Assembly (NCBI RefSeq): GCF_000008665.1
Contig: NC_000917.1
Span: 210,001-242,000 of the forward strand
DNA: 32,000 nucleotides
Origin: Archaeoglobus fulgidus DSM 4304
GTDB taxonomy: Archaea; Halobacteriota; Archaeoglobi; Archaeoglobales; Archaeoglobaceae
Direction of reading: 5' to 3'
Shown: positions 1-9,580 of the stretch, in pieces
Position numbering within the stretch: the first letter of the stretch is position 1
Layout: each line of letters starts with the position of its first letter
The notes under the pieces: model-generated
What the model was told of the DNA's origin: nothing
Seen by the model: only the letters and a program-made list of their open reading frames with translations
Database searches by the model: none
Made by a program: the position numbers and the translations under genes

Positions 1-562
1 GCTGCCGGCGTTTCCGTGTCCCGGGTAAACCCCTGAGAAATTCAACCCTGAAATTTTTCTTACTGATTCGACATACTGGCTGTAGTCGGAGCAGAAGCTT
101 TTTGGAGAAAGCGATAGTCCTTTCCTGCCCCTCAGCAGGTCTCCGCAGTAAAGGTTTCTCTCATGAAGAATGCAGATAACTGCCGGGAGTGTGGCCGGGT
201 GTGTGGATGATGGTGGCGTTGATGTTCAGCTTCTCAATGCTTTTCAGATCTTCTGGAGGTTCAGCCCTGAATATTCTCTCCCCAACTCTCGCAAACAAGC
301 CGAGAAAGCCAGAATACATCATTCTCTTCTCTCCAAGGATAAAGGGGATGTCTTCGCTGTGTACATAGACAGGGCATCCGAACTCTCTCTGCAGAGCGCT
401 TGCAGCAGCGTAGTGGTCGAAGTGGGCGTGGGTGATGATTATGCCATCAATCTCCTTCAACTGCTTTGAAATTAGCCCTTCATCTGTCCCCGCATCAATC
501 AGGTATGTGGAATCTCCATCTTTTATGAGATAAACATTGCAGCCCTTTGACTTAAGCTTCAC
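1..562 (-). pseudogene. MBL-fold metallo-hydrolase, interrupted by an apparent +1 frameshift; continues past the left edge
   Basis: ORF 161..562 has HAHFDHYAA and HTPGHTPGS motifs, then stops. In the next frame the protein continues as ILHERNLYCGDLLRGRKGLSLSPKSFCSDYSQYVESVRKISGLNFSGVYPGHGNAGS to base 1, restoring the GD and PGHG motifs. The extra base is near 178/179. Confidence 0.9.
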
Positions 563-599
563 AAAAGAGTGTTATGTTTGAAGTTAAAAAATTTTACAG

Positions 600-1607
600 C
601 TAAAAAACTCTTATACTCTCGATAAACCTCAGCCTTTTCGGCAGTGGCGGGTGTGTTGAAAGGAACTCCTGAATGGGGCTGACTTTCATGTTCTTCAGCG
701 CTTCAATGTCAGCTCTCGTTATTGGCTCAGCCACCGCATTGGTGAAGGCGTAGATGAAGAGAGTTCTGAACTTGCTGTCCTGGATGGGGGCGAGGTAGTC
801 GGGGTAGCGGTGGTAGAAGAGGTGTATCTTCGCCAGACTCCTCTGCATTGCATCCTTGTTTGTCGCCCTAACTCCCTCGAAGTCCGCATAGTACTCTCTG
901 AGCCTGCTGAAGGCGAGAACGAGAATCTGGACTATAAATGAAACTATAACTGCTGCAATGCCAATTGCTGCGAGCTGCGCTCCCCTCCTGTCGTCCCTCA
1001 TTGAGGAGTGGAGCAAGGCGTAACCGAGGTAGAAGATTACTGAGGGCAGCAGGCCGAAGAGGAGCATCACGGCATTGTCCCTGTGCTTGTGGTGGCCGAT
1101 TTCATGACCAATGACTGCCTCAAGCTCCTCCTGGCTGAGCATCCTCATCAGCGACTCTGAAACCGCCACGAACTTTCCCGTCAAAAAGTTTCCGTAGGCG
1201 AAGGCGTTCGGGGGACTTCTCACAACCACCGCCTTTGGCGGCTTTACGTTCAGCCTCCTCGCAACGCTGTTCACAACCATCTGCAGCCTCTCGTCTCTCT
1301 GCGCTCCGTAGCTGAGGTTGATGATGTAGGGGGAAAGCAGGTACATCAGCAGGTTGATTATCAACAGGAAGATTATAAGCCCGTAGAAGCTGATGTAAAC
1401 TCCAGCGTAGGCCAGTATGAGGTAGATTATTGCTGCCGAAATGGCGAGAATCATTCCGGCGAGAAGTACCATTGAGGTGAAGAGCGAGAACTTCCCTGAA
1501 ACTCTGCTGGCCACCTTGGGGGCGATGGTGGAGGCTAAGAGCAGCATTACGAAGTAGCCCAGCACGGCCAGCATCATGTACACGGGGTCGAAGAAGTACA
1601 GCATCAT
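600..1607 (-). CDS. htpX: M48 family membrane metalloprotease (HtpX-like)
   Basis: HEIGHHKHRDN zinc motif, four hydrophobic segments, EEELEAVIGHEIGH context. Confidence 0.92.
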   Translation of the reverse strand: MMLYFFDPVYMMLAVLGYFVMLLLASTIAPKVASRVSGKFSLFTSMVLLAGMILAISAAIIYLILAYAGVYISFYGLIIFLLIINLLMYLLSPYIINLSYGAQRDERLQMVVNSVARRLNVKPPKAVVVRSPPNAFAYGNFLTGKFVAVSESLMRMLSQEELEAVIGHEIGHHKHRDNAVMLLFGLLPSVIFYLGYALLHSSMRDDRRGAQLAAIGIAAVIVSFIVQILVLAFSRLREYYADFEGVRATNKDAMQRSLAKIHLFYHRYPDYLAPIQDSKFRTLFIYAFTNAVAEPITRADIEALKNMKVSPIQEFLSTHPPLPKRLRFIESIRVF

Positions 1608-1728
1608 GTTGGTTTATAGGCTGCTGCGGTATTTATAGTTTAAAAGGTGTCCGCTAATTTCAAATCCCCAGTCTCCCATAAACAGCACAACCAAAAACAA
1701 TAAAAACAACTTCTCGAACATATGTTCG

Positions 1729-1872
1729 ATGAAGCTGCTTGAAGGAATTGTGGTTATTGCTGCCATGCTGGTTCCGTTTGTTGCGATAAGAAGCCATGAC
1801 ATGACCACTTACCTTTACTGGACTGCTGTAACTGCTGCATACCTTACATACTTGACGATTAAGAGGTGGTGA
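1729..1872 (+). CDS. Small 47-aa hydrophobic protein overlapping the symporter start
   Basis: ATG..TGA ORF: MKLLEGIVVIAAMLVPFVAIRSHDMTTYLYWTAVTAAYLTYLTIKRW. Two TM-like segments; its stop overlaps the symporter start (GTG 1866 or 1869). Absent from the supplied ORF track. Confidence 0.7.
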   Translation: MKLLEGIVVIAAMLVPFVAIRSHDMTTYLYWTAVTAAYLTYLTIKRW

Positions 1873-3251
1873 AGTTGATCGAGTTTCTTTACGCCTTTAT
1901 AGGTTACATAATCATCGGAACTGCCATTGCAATAATGGCGATGAAGGGGCTGAGAACGCAGGAGGAGTACTACATAGCTGGCAGAAAAGTTAGCGGTGTC
2001 ATCTCAGCCCTGACCTACGCAGCCACAACTTACTCCGCCTTCATGATGGTAGGGCTCGTGGGGCTGAGCTACTTTTCAGGCGTGGGAGCTTTGGGATTCG
2101 AGCTTTTCTACCTTGTCGGCACTCTCTTCCTCCTCTCCTACTACGCTCCCAGAGTTTGGGAAATGGCAAAGGAGAGGGGCTACGTCACTCCGGGTGACAT
2201 GATTGCAGAGAGGTACGGCAGTGAAGTGGCTAAGCTGATGGCCGTAATCGTCTCAATTGCCCTAATCCCCTACATATCTGTCCAGCTAATAGGGGTGAGC
2301 CTCATACTCAGCAAGACCAATGCAATGAGCTTTGAAGCTGGCATTGTGGCTTCAGCAATTCTCATCGCTCTTTGGGCCTTCCTCGGTGGACTCAGGGGTG
2401 TGGCGTGGACAGACGCCCTTCAGGGAGTCTTCATGCTGCTGATGGCAATTGCAGCCATACTGTGGGTTCATCAGTATGGCTTCGCCGAAAAGGATTTCTT
2501 TACAGAAGTTTCAAGGCTTGGAGAGCTACTGGTTGTTCCAAACAGCATCTGGACGCCTGTGAAGTTCATATCCCTCACGCTTCCGTGGTTCTTCTTTGCC
2601 CTCACAAATCCTCAGGTATTCCAGAGACTTTACATCCCGAAGGACAGGTCAGCTTTAAGGAGAATGGTAATTCTCTTCGGCTTCTTCGGCCTCATCTACA
2701 CCGTAATAGTCACGCTCATTGGCCTTGAGCTGAGAACCATGACCGAAATGGGTGTTTTCCCCAAAGTCCCCGACAGGGATGCGGTAACGCCGACAATGCT
2801 TGCAATGATGCCCCCTCTGCTTGGAGCCGCAATTTCGCTGAGCATCTTTGCTGCAGCAATCACCACTGCAAACTCCATAGTCCTGACGCTCTCGTCGATG
2901 ATAACGAGGGATTTGCTTGGCAGTGAGAAGGTGGGGAGCGGGAGGGTATTGATAGTAATTCTGACAGTTGCCGTAGCTCTGTTCGCCTACTCAAGGCCCG
3001 GATACATCGTTGAGCTCAGTGTCTTAAGCTCAACAATACTCCTCTGCCAGCTTCCCCTGATACTGGGTGTTTTCCACCTTAACAGGGGAGGAAGGTTGGC
3101 GGGAATTGCAACGCTTTCAGCTGGATTCATAACCGCAGTTGTTCTGAGCTTCCAGAAGCTCTCGCCCCTCAGCATTCCAGCTTCGGTCTGGACCTTCATA
3201 ATCTCCTTTGCCGTGTTCCTCGCCCTATCATCCAGCGAAAAACAGCCCTAA
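1866..3251 (+). CDS. panF: Sodium:solute symporter family protein (pantothenate permease-like)
   Basis: 461 aa, multi-TM, SSS-family N-terminus (GLRTQEEYYIAGRKVSGVISALTYAATTYSAFMMVG) and GGLRGVAWTDALQGVFM. Substrate not certain from sequence. Confidence 0.82.
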   Translation: MVKLIEFLYAFIGYIIIGTAIAIMAMKGLRTQEEYYIAGRKVSGVISALTYAATTYSAFMMVGLVGLSYFSGVGALGFELFYLVGTLFLLSYYAPRVWEMAKERGYVTPGDMIAERYGSEVAKLMAVIVSIALIPYISVQLIGVSLILSKTNAMSFEAGIVASAILIALWAFLGGLRGVAWTDALQGVFMLLMAIAAILWVHQYGFAEKDFFTEVSRLGELLVVPNSIWTPVKFISLTLPWFFFALTNPQVFQRLYIPKDRSALRRMVILFGFFGLIYTVIVTLIGLELRTMTEMGVFPKVPDRDAVTPTMLAMMPPLLGAAISLSIFAAAITTANSIVLTLSSMITRDLLGSEKVGSGRVLIVILTVAVALFAYSRPGYIVELSVLSSTILLCQLPLILGVFHLNRGGRLAGIATLSAGFITAVVLSFQKLSPLSIPASVWTFIISFAVFLALSSSEKQP

Positions 3252-4225
3252 TCAGAAGAGGACTTCCAGACTTTGGGATACACTCCCCTCTCCATCATCA
3301 CTCTCTGAATGTCCGCAGCAATTCCTTTTTTAAGCCTGTAGATGTCTTCTGCATCCATTAAAGCTCTGCCAATTGCCACCAGCTCGTTTTTCAGCGTGAA
3401 GATCGCCACAGTGCTGTCCTTCTTAACATTCTTCTCCACGTAAGCCACTCCCCTCACTGAAAGATTCGCCCCATGGCAGATGGCATCAACAGCGGAATCT
3501 TTGATGACGATTTTGGGCAGCTCTGCAGCAGCAACCTCCATCGGCTTGATTATCTCCCTTAAATACTTCTCTTCTCCCTCCTCCTTCCAGAAAACGTAAG
3601 CATCAAGCAGGTCCTGCAGTGTGTAGCACATGTCCTCTCCAAATTTCCCCGTCCGAGTTCTTCTTAGCTCCTGCATGTGCGCCCCAGTGCCAAGCACCTC
3701 TCCGATGTCCCTGCAGAGCTTTCTGATGTATGTTCCAGATTCAGTAACAACTCTGAAAAGCACGTCCCTGCCCTCCATCTCCAGAAGCTCCATTTCGTAA
3801 ATCTCCCTGATTCTCAGCACTTTTTTAACCGCGGACTTAAGCGGGGGGCGCTGGTAGATTCTGCCGACGAAGAGCTTCATCACCTTCTCAACATCCTCCC
3901 TCTTCGCATCACCGTGAAGCCTCATGAGGCAGACGTACTCCTTGCTCGACTCCTGAAGGAACTTGACCATCTTTGTTGCATTTTCAATGAAAATTGGCAG
4001 AACGCCTGTAACTCTTGGGTCGAGAGTGCCTGCGTGGCCCGTTTTGCTGACATTGAGAATCCTCCTCACCCAAACAACCACCTCGTGGCTGCTTGGCCCC
4101 ATGGGCTTGTCGATGCACACTAACCCCTTCCTGATGTACTCCTCCATCGGCCTCTTGGTTGGGTAGCATCCGTAGCTCTCATCCGTGCTTGCGTCATCCT
4201 TGACGTAGAAGTTTTCCAGTTTCAC
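3248..4225 (-). CDS. cbf5: tRNA/rRNA pseudouridine synthase Cbf5 (TruB family) with PUA domain
   Basis: GLVCIDKPMGPSSHEVVVWVRRIL...KTGHAGTLDPRVTGVLP catalytic region; C-terminal PUA-like segment. Confidence 0.95.
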   Translation of the reverse strand: MKLENFYVKDDASTDESYGCYPTKRPMEEYIRKGLVCIDKPMGPSSHEVVVWVRRILNVSKTGHAGTLDPRVTGVLPIFIENATKMVKFLQESSKEYVCLMRLHGDAKREDVEKVMKLFVGRIYQRPPLKSAVKKVLRIREIYEMELLEMEGRDVLFRVVTESGTYIRKLCRDIGEVLGTGAHMQELRRTRTGKFGEDMCYTLQDLLDAYVFWKEEGEEKYLREIIKPMEVAAAELPKIVIKDSAVDAICHGANLSVRGVAYVEKNVKKDSTVAIFTLKNELVAIGRALMDAEDIYRLKKGIAADIQRVMMERGVYPKVWKSSSD

Positions 4226-4318
4226 ATCCTCCCTAATCCCTCGAACTTTTTAACTTTTTAGCCAGCTTTGAGGTGTCAGCATCGAAAACATTTTAAACGC
4301 TTTTTTTGTAAAGCCAGC

Positions 4319-4903
4319 GTGAAGTTCAAGTGTGTTCTCTACACCTGGGATGAGATACGAAAGCTGTGCAAAGAACTTGCAATGAAGGTCAGGGAAAGCG
4401 GCTACCAGCCTGATGCTGTTGTGGCCATTGCCCGAGGTGGATGGGTGCCTGCGAGAATTGTATGCGATTATTTGGATATCAGAGAGCTTTACAGCGTCAA
4501 AACTGAGCACTGGGATGTTGCAGAGAAAAGGGAGGAGGCTAAAATCACCCAGCCGCTGAATGTGGATGTAAGCGGGAAGAAAATTCTCATTGTAGATGAT
4601 GTTGCAGATACGGGTGACACCATCAGGGTCGTTGTTGACCACGTCAACCAGTACCGCCCTGCAGAAATCAGAGTGGCTGTTGTTGACTACAAAACCACTT
4701 CAAAGTTCGTCCCGGATTACTATGCTGCAAAAATGGAAGCGTGGAGATGGATAGTTTATCCTTGGAGCGTCAAGGAGGAGCTAAGGGATTTGATTGAAAA
4801 GGTTAATGCTAAAACAGTTGATGAGGCTGTCAGAGCGCTCAAGGAAGAGTTCGACCTTGAGGTTGATGAGGAGCTTGTGAGGGATGTCCTCACCGACTGC
4901 TGA
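4319..4903 (+). CDS. Purine/xanthine-type phosphoribosyltransferase
   Basis: PRPP motif ILIVDDVADTGDT; VVAIARGGWVPARI. ORF track starts at 4268, but GTG 4319 (MKFKCVLYTWDEIRKL) fits the family better, and TTTTAAAC around 4291 is a TATA candidate. Confidence 0.88.
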   Translation: MKFKCVLYTWDEIRKLCKELAMKVRESGYQPDAVVAIARGGWVPARIVCDYLDIRELYSVKTEHWDVAEKREEAKITQPLNVDVSGKKILIVDDVADTGDTIRVVVDHVNQYRPAEIRVAVVDYKTTSKFVPDYYAAKMEAWRWIVYPWSVKEELRDLIEKVNAKTVDEAVRALKEEFDLEVDEELVRDVLTDC

Positions 4904-6554
4904 CGTCGAAAAGCTGAGAAGAATCATCGAGGTTGCAAGGGGGGACAGGAGAGCAGATTTTGTTGTAAAAAACGCTCAGATTGTTGATTTAGTTAACGAA
5001 GAAATTTTTGAGGGAGATATAGCAGTTGCTGAGGGTTTTATTGCCGGAATTGGGAGTTACTCTGGCGTTGAGGAGTGCGAAGCTTCCAATCTTGTAGCTG
5101 TTCCGGGTTTGATTGACGCGCACACCCACATCGAGATGTCCATGCTCACCGTTTCAGAATTTGCGAGGCTCGTTGTGCCGAGAGGTACAACGGGTGTTGT
5201 TGCAGACCCCCATGAAATTGCTAATGTCCTCGGAAAGGATGGAGTAATGCTGATGCTGGAGGAGGCAAGGAGCACACCGCTCCGCTTCTACTGCATGGTG
5301 CCCTCGTGCGTCCCCTCTTCCCCCCTCGAAACGTCGGGAGCGAGAATAGGTGTGGAGGAGATAAGGGAGTTGCTCGAAGAGGAGGAGGTTTTGGGGCTTG
5401 CAGAGATGATGAACTTTCCTGGGGTTGTAAGTGCTGACAGAGAGGTGCTTGAGAAGATCGTCCTCGCCGGAATCGTTGATGGACACGCTCCGGGTTTGAG
5501 GGGTAAGAAGCTAAACGCGTACATTGCTGCTGGAGCATCATCGGACCACGAAACGACGTCATTTGAGGAGGGAAAGGAGAAGCTCAGGCTTGGCATGTGG
5601 GTTATGATAAGGGAAGGCTCCGCAGCAAGAAACCTGGTGGCTCTGAAAGGGCTGACGGGAAACAGGCACACGATGCTTGTAACTGATGGCGACAGGAGCG
5701 TTAAGGACATAATCGAAGAGGGCTATCTCGACCACGTTTTCAGAAGGGCAATAGAGGAGGGCATTGATGAAATAAAGGCTCTGCAGATGCTGACTCTCAA
5801 CCCGGCGGAGTACTTCGGAATTAACGCTGGCCTGATAGCACCTTCGCGCCTTGCGGATATAGTTCTCCTCAAGAACCTCAGAAAGTTTGAGGTCAGGGAC
5901 GTGTTCGTCGGGGGGAGAAGGCCAGAGTTCAAGCGTTTCAACCATCCCGAATGGGCAAAGAAGACTGTAAAGGCGAGAAAGATAACTCCCGAGAGTATTC
6001 AGCTCAAGACGGGGAGGGTAAGGGTTATAGAGGTCTATGACGGGGAAATTGTTACCGGGGAGGCTATAGAAGAAGTTCAAGGCGTTGATGTGGAGAGGGA
6101 CATTTTGAAGGCCGTTGTGGTTGAAAGACACATCCGGAGTGGTAGGGTCGGAAAGGCTTACGTGAGGGGATTTGGCCTGAAAAGAGGGGCTATAGCCCAG
6201 AGCATCGCTCACGACGCTCACAACATCGTATGCGTGGGAGTGGATGACGGGAGCATCTGCGCGGCGGTGAACAGAGTCATTGAACTGCAGGGGGGAATAG
6301 TTGTTGCGGATGCAGAAGTCAGGGCTGAACTGCCTTTGCCGATAGCGGGAATCATGAGCGATGAGAGGGCAGAGAGGGTTTTGGAAAGGCTTTCAGAAAT
6401 TGAGGAGGAAGTCAGAAAGCTCGGTTGCAGGCTGAAGTCCCCAGTTATCACCCTATCCTTCATCGCCTTACCCGTTATACCCAAGCTGAAGCTCACGGAC
6501 CTGGGACTGGTGGATGTAGAGGCATTTAGGGTTGTTGACCTTCAAGCTGATTGA
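4884..6554 (+). CDS. ade: Adenine deaminase
   Basis: 556 aa; GLIDAHTHIEMSMLTVSEFARLVVPRGTTGVVADPHEIANVLG; adenine deaminase C-terminal domain. Confidence 0.93.
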   Translation: MSSPTADVEKLRRIIEVARGDRRADFVVKNAQIVDLVNEEIFEGDIAVAEGFIAGIGSYSGVEECEASNLVAVPGLIDAHTHIEMSMLTVSEFARLVVPRGTTGVVADPHEIANVLGKDGVMLMLEEARSTPLRFYCMVPSCVPSSPLETSGARIGVEEIRELLEEEEVLGLAEMMNFPGVVSADREVLEKIVLAGIVDGHAPGLRGKKLNAYIAAGASSDHETTSFEEGKEKLRLGMWVMIREGSAARNLVALKGLTGNRHTMLVTDGDRSVKDIIEEGYLDHVFRRAIEEGIDEIKALQMLTLNPAEYFGINAGLIAPSRLADIVLLKNLRKFEVRDVFVGGRRPEFKRFNHPEWAKKTVKARKITPESIQLKTGRVRVIEVYDGEIVTGEAIEEVQGVDVERDILKAVVVERHIRSGRVGKAYVRGFGLKRGAIAQSIAHDAHNIVCVGVDDGSICAAVNRVIELQGGIVVADAEVRAELPLPIAGIMSDERAERVLERLSEIEEEVRKLGCRLKSPVITLSFIALPVIPKLKLTDLGLVDVEAFRVVDLQAD

Positions 6555-6945
6555 CGCAGTCGATCTCGGGAGAATACTTCTTGATGTCGATAACCGGAGA
6601 GCCGTCGAGAGCGTCAAGCCATCTGACCTTCAGTCTATTCCTCTCAACCTCAAGAATCTCCACAACGCAGAGTCCAATCGGATTCGGCCTGCTCGGAGAG
6701 CGGGTGGTGAAGACACCCCTCTCTTCGGTCTCTCCGGGTGGCACAACTCTCAGCTTATCTCTGCTGGCTTTATCCATCCAGTAAAGCACGATGATATGGC
6801 GTAAGTTCTCAATTTTGTGCAATCCATCAGCGTATTCATCAAAGATGGCTATCTCCGAAACCGCATCGGAGAACCTCCCCTGTCTTGGGGCATCGTTTTG
6901 AGTTTTGAATGGCGATTTAACAACTCCTATGGGTTTCAGAATCAT
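6526..6945 (-). CDS. trmO: TrmO/TsaA-family tRNA (t6A37) methyltransferase-like protein
   Basis: MILKPIGVVKSPF...RQGRFSDAVSEIAIFDEYADGL...RSPSRPNPIGLCVVEI. Confidence 0.85.
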   Translation of the reverse strand: MILKPIGVVKSPFKTQNDAPRQGRFSDAVSEIAIFDEYADGLHKIENLRHIIVLYWMDKASRDKLRVVPPGETEERGVFTTRSPSRPNPIGLCVVEILEVERNRLKVRWLDALDGSPVIDIKKYSPEIDCVNQLEGQQP

Positions 6946-6995
6946 ATTTTGACTCCCTCAAAAGCTTTTTATTCTTTTTGAACAAAGACAGCACG

Positions 6996-7994
6996 ATGAA
7001 AGTCATAATAATGGCGGGCGGTTACGCAACGAGGCTCTGGCCGATAACCAAGAGCAAGGCGAAGCCCCTGCTGCCTGTAGGAACTAAGAGGATAGTTGAC
7101 CACGTTTACGAGAAGGTTCTGAAGTTCAACTCACCCATTCTACTATCCACAAACAAAAGGTTCGAGGAGGACTTCAGGAAGTGGGCTGAGGGTAAGGACG
7201 TTGAGGTGGTTGTTGAGGACACGATGAGGGAGGAGGAGAAGCTTGGAGCAGTAAAGGCTCTCGCACAGGTTGTTGAGGGCATTGACGACGACTTCCTTGT
7301 TGTTGCCGGAGACAACATTTTCTCCTTCGAGCTTAACCCTATTGTAGAGCTCTTCAGGAAGAAAAAATCGCCTGTTACCGCCCTCTACGACGTTGGGGAT
7401 TACGAGCTGGCAAAAAGGTACGGTGTGGCGGAGCTTGAGGGGGAAATTGTGAGAAGGTTTTATGAAAAGCCGGAAAAGCCAGCTTCAACCCTTGTTGGAA
7501 TAGCTATCTACACTTTTCCGAGGGAAATAGCCGACTTACTCGTTGAGTATGTTGGTGGGAATGAGAGGAGCGATAACCTTGGCGATTTCCTCAGCTACCT
7601 CTGCCAGAAAATGGATGTTTACGGCTGCATCTTCGACAACGGAAACTGGTACGATGTGGGAAATCCCGACTCCTACATCGAGGCCTTCAAGTTTTACACT
7701 GACAGCTTCGTTCACGAGTCGGTGGAGGTTGCCAAGGCTGCTAAAATCATCGAGCCGGTTGTGATTGAAAGGGATGTGGTCATAAAGGGCAGGTCGATTG
7801 TTGGGCCCTACGCCTACATCGGCGAGGGCTGCGAGATCGACTCATCAGATGTGAGTGAGAGCGTTGTGTTTTCCAAGACGGTTTTGAAGAGGGTGAGGCT
7901 CTGGAGGAGCATAATTGATGACGATTGCGAGATCAGGAACATCGAGCTGAGCGGCTCGATAATTGGCGGGCATGCGAAGATTCAGAGAGGATGA
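6996..7994 (+). CDS. Sugar-phosphate nucleotidyltransferase with left-handed beta-helix C-terminus
   Basis: MKVIIMAGGYATRLWPITKSKAKPLLPVGTKRIVDHVYEK; C-terminal hexapeptide-like repeats. The ATG at 6996 is a better start than 6978. Confidence 0.88.
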   Translation: MKVIIMAGGYATRLWPITKSKAKPLLPVGTKRIVDHVYEKVLKFNSPILLSTNKRFEEDFRKWAEGKDVEVVVEDTMREEEKLGAVKALAQVVEGIDDDFLVVAGDNIFSFELNPIVELFRKKKSPVTALYDVGDYELAKRYGVAELEGEIVRRFYEKPEKPASTLVGIAIYTFPREIADLLVEYVGGNERSDNLGDFLSYLCQKMDVYGCIFDNGNWYDVGNPDSYIEAFKFYTDSFVHESVEVAKAAKIIEPVVIERDVVIKGRSIVGPYAYIGEGCEIDSSDVSESVVFSKTVLKRVRLWRSIIDDDCEIRNIELSGSIIGGHAKIQRG

Positions 7995-9580
7995 AAGCCG
8001 CAATAATCGATGGATACGTTGACGAGCCTTCCTGTCTCGGAGTTCCGCCTTACGTAGCTCCCTATCCAAGATACATTTACGGGATGCTGAAATCGCTCGA
8101 TTATGAGGCAACCTACTTCACAATCGACCACCTCAGAGCCCATCCGGAAACTGTCGAGAGGTTGAAGAAGTTTGATTTGGCTGTGATCATTGCGGGCATA
8201 GCTGTTCCCGGAAAGTATCTCGGAGGAAAGCCTTTGAGCAAGAAGGAGCTTTTTTCAATGGGGCTTGCTGAGAGAAATCTGCTCGTAGGCCCAATCACCC
8301 TCGAACTTTCGCAGAAGGAGTTGAGAATGCTTGAGGACGTTGAAATTGAGGTCATAGACTTCCCCTTCGAAAGGAAGCTTTTCGAGAGGCTTGGGGGAGA
8401 GAAGTTCAACCTCAATGCCTTTGCCGCTCGCGGTGCTGAGGTTGTGAGGCAGCATCCGGACTTTCCCCACATCATCTGCGAGATCGAGACCTACAGGGGG
8501 TGCTACTGGGGCAAGTGCAGCTTCTGCATCGAGAGAGTTCACAGCCTGTGGTTCCGAAGCCCTGAAGACGTGCTTGGAGAGGTAAAAGCCCTCTACGATT
8601 GCGGTGTTAGACACTTCCGTCTCGGAAGGCAGACTGACTTTTTCAGCTATCTGGGGGAGTTTGAGGGTGTTCCGAGACCGAATCCTGAGGCGATGAAAAA
8701 GTTTCACAGGGCGATATGGGATTTGTGCCCAAAAATCAAAACCCTCCACATCGACAACGTGAATCCGAAAACGATAGCGGAGCATCCGGAAGAGTCTGCG
8801 GAGCTTATAAAGACCATCGTAATGTATCAGACTCCCGGCAACGTGGCGGCCATGGGGCTTGAGAGTGCCGATGAGAGAGTTGTGAGGAAAAACAGCCTGG
8901 CAGCATCTCCGGAGGAGGTAATGTTCGCCATCGAGCTGATTAACAGATACGGCAGGCACCCCTCCTACAACGGTCTTCCCTACTTTCTCCCTGGCATAAA
9001 CTTCGTCATAGGGCTGAAAGGGGAGACGAAGGAGACTTTTGAGCTGAACTACCGGTTTCTCGAGGAGGTTATGGAAAGAAACCTCCTTCTGAGGAGAATC
9101 AACATCAGGCAGGTGAAGATATTCCCCGGAACGCCGATGGAGAAGGAGGGGGACAGAAGGCTGAAAAAGCACAGAAAGGAGTTTATAGCTTTCAAAAACA
9201 GAGTGAGGGAGAACATAGACACGCCCATGCTGAAAAAAATTCTTCCCAAAGGTAGAAGGATAACCGACCTCAGAGTGGAGGTTGAGGGCAAAATCAGCTA
9301 CGCGAGGCAGCTTGCTACCTACCCGATTCTTGTTGGTCTGGTTGGAAAGTACCCCAGAAATCTCTATGTTGACGCAAGGGTTGTCGATTACGGCCACAGG
9401 AGCGTTACTGCGGTTGAGGCCGACCTTGACGTAAACAAAGCCACCCTGGAGCAGCTTGAGTTTTTGCTCGGAAAGGTCGGCCGAGAGGTTTATATGAGGA
9501 GACCCATAGGAAGTGATGCTGAACTGGAAGCAATTGGTGGAAAGGAAGCCTTGGTTTACCTCAAGGTGGGTGGAGAATAA
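7991..9580 (+). CDS. Radical SAM protein with N-terminal B12-binding-like domain
   Basis: CETYRGCYWGKCSFCIERVHSLWFRSPEDVLGE cysteine motif. ATG 7991 overlaps the upstream stop (ATGA); the ORF-track start at 7925 is upstream of the likely start. Confidence 0.85.
   Translation: MKAAIIDGYVDEPSCLGVPPYVAPYPRYIYGMLKSLDYEATYFTIDHLRAHPETVERLKKFDLAVIIAGIAVPGKYLGGKPLSKKELFSMGLAERNLLVGPITLELSQKELRMLEDVEIEVIDFPFERKLFERLGGEKFNLNAFAARGAEVVRQHPDFPHIICEIETYRGCYWGKCSFCIERVHSLWFRSPEDVLGEVKALYDCGVRHFRLGRQTDFFSYLGEFEGVPRPNPEAMKKFHRAIWDLCPKIKTLHIDNVNPKTIAEHPEESAELIKTIVMYQTPGNVAAMGLESADERVVRKNSLAASPEEVMFAIELINRYGRHPSYNGLPYFLPGINFVIGLKGETKETFELNYRFLEEVMERNLLLRRINIRQVKIFPGTPMEKEGDRRLKKHRKEFIAFKNRVRENIDTPMLKKILPKGRRITDLRVEVEGKISYARQLATYPILVGLVGKYPRNLYVDARVVDYGHRSVTAVEADLDVNKATLEQLEFLLGKVGREVYMRRPIGSDAELEAIGGKEALVYLKVGGE

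Noticed and set aside
170-469. 99-aa + strand ORF
   Set aside because: Antisense to the MBL-fold gene with its clear zinc-binding motifs; composition looks like a shadow ORF.
1614-1808. 64-aa - strand ORF
   Set aside because: Antisense to the better-supported 47-aa ORF coupled to the symporter; no family features.
2372-3199. Several ORFs inside the symporter on both strands
   Set aside because: Overlap the multi-TM SSS protein; frame shadows.
3677-4169. Alternate-frame ORFs over cbf5
   Set aside because: Cbf5 motifs settle the frame; these are shadows.
4250-4642. 130-aa - strand ORF over the PRTase
   Set aside because: The + strand carries the PRPP-binding motif; the antisense ORF has none.
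5057-6496. Long antisense ORFs (up to 220 aa) in adenine deaminase
   Set aside because: Low codon constraint of the antisense frame in a high-GC gene; deaminase motifs define the coding strand.
8255-9397. 380-aa antisense ORF over the radical SAM gene
   Set aside because: Long, but it opposes a CxxxCxxC-bearing radical SAM protein and has no recognisable domain; treated as an antisense shadow.
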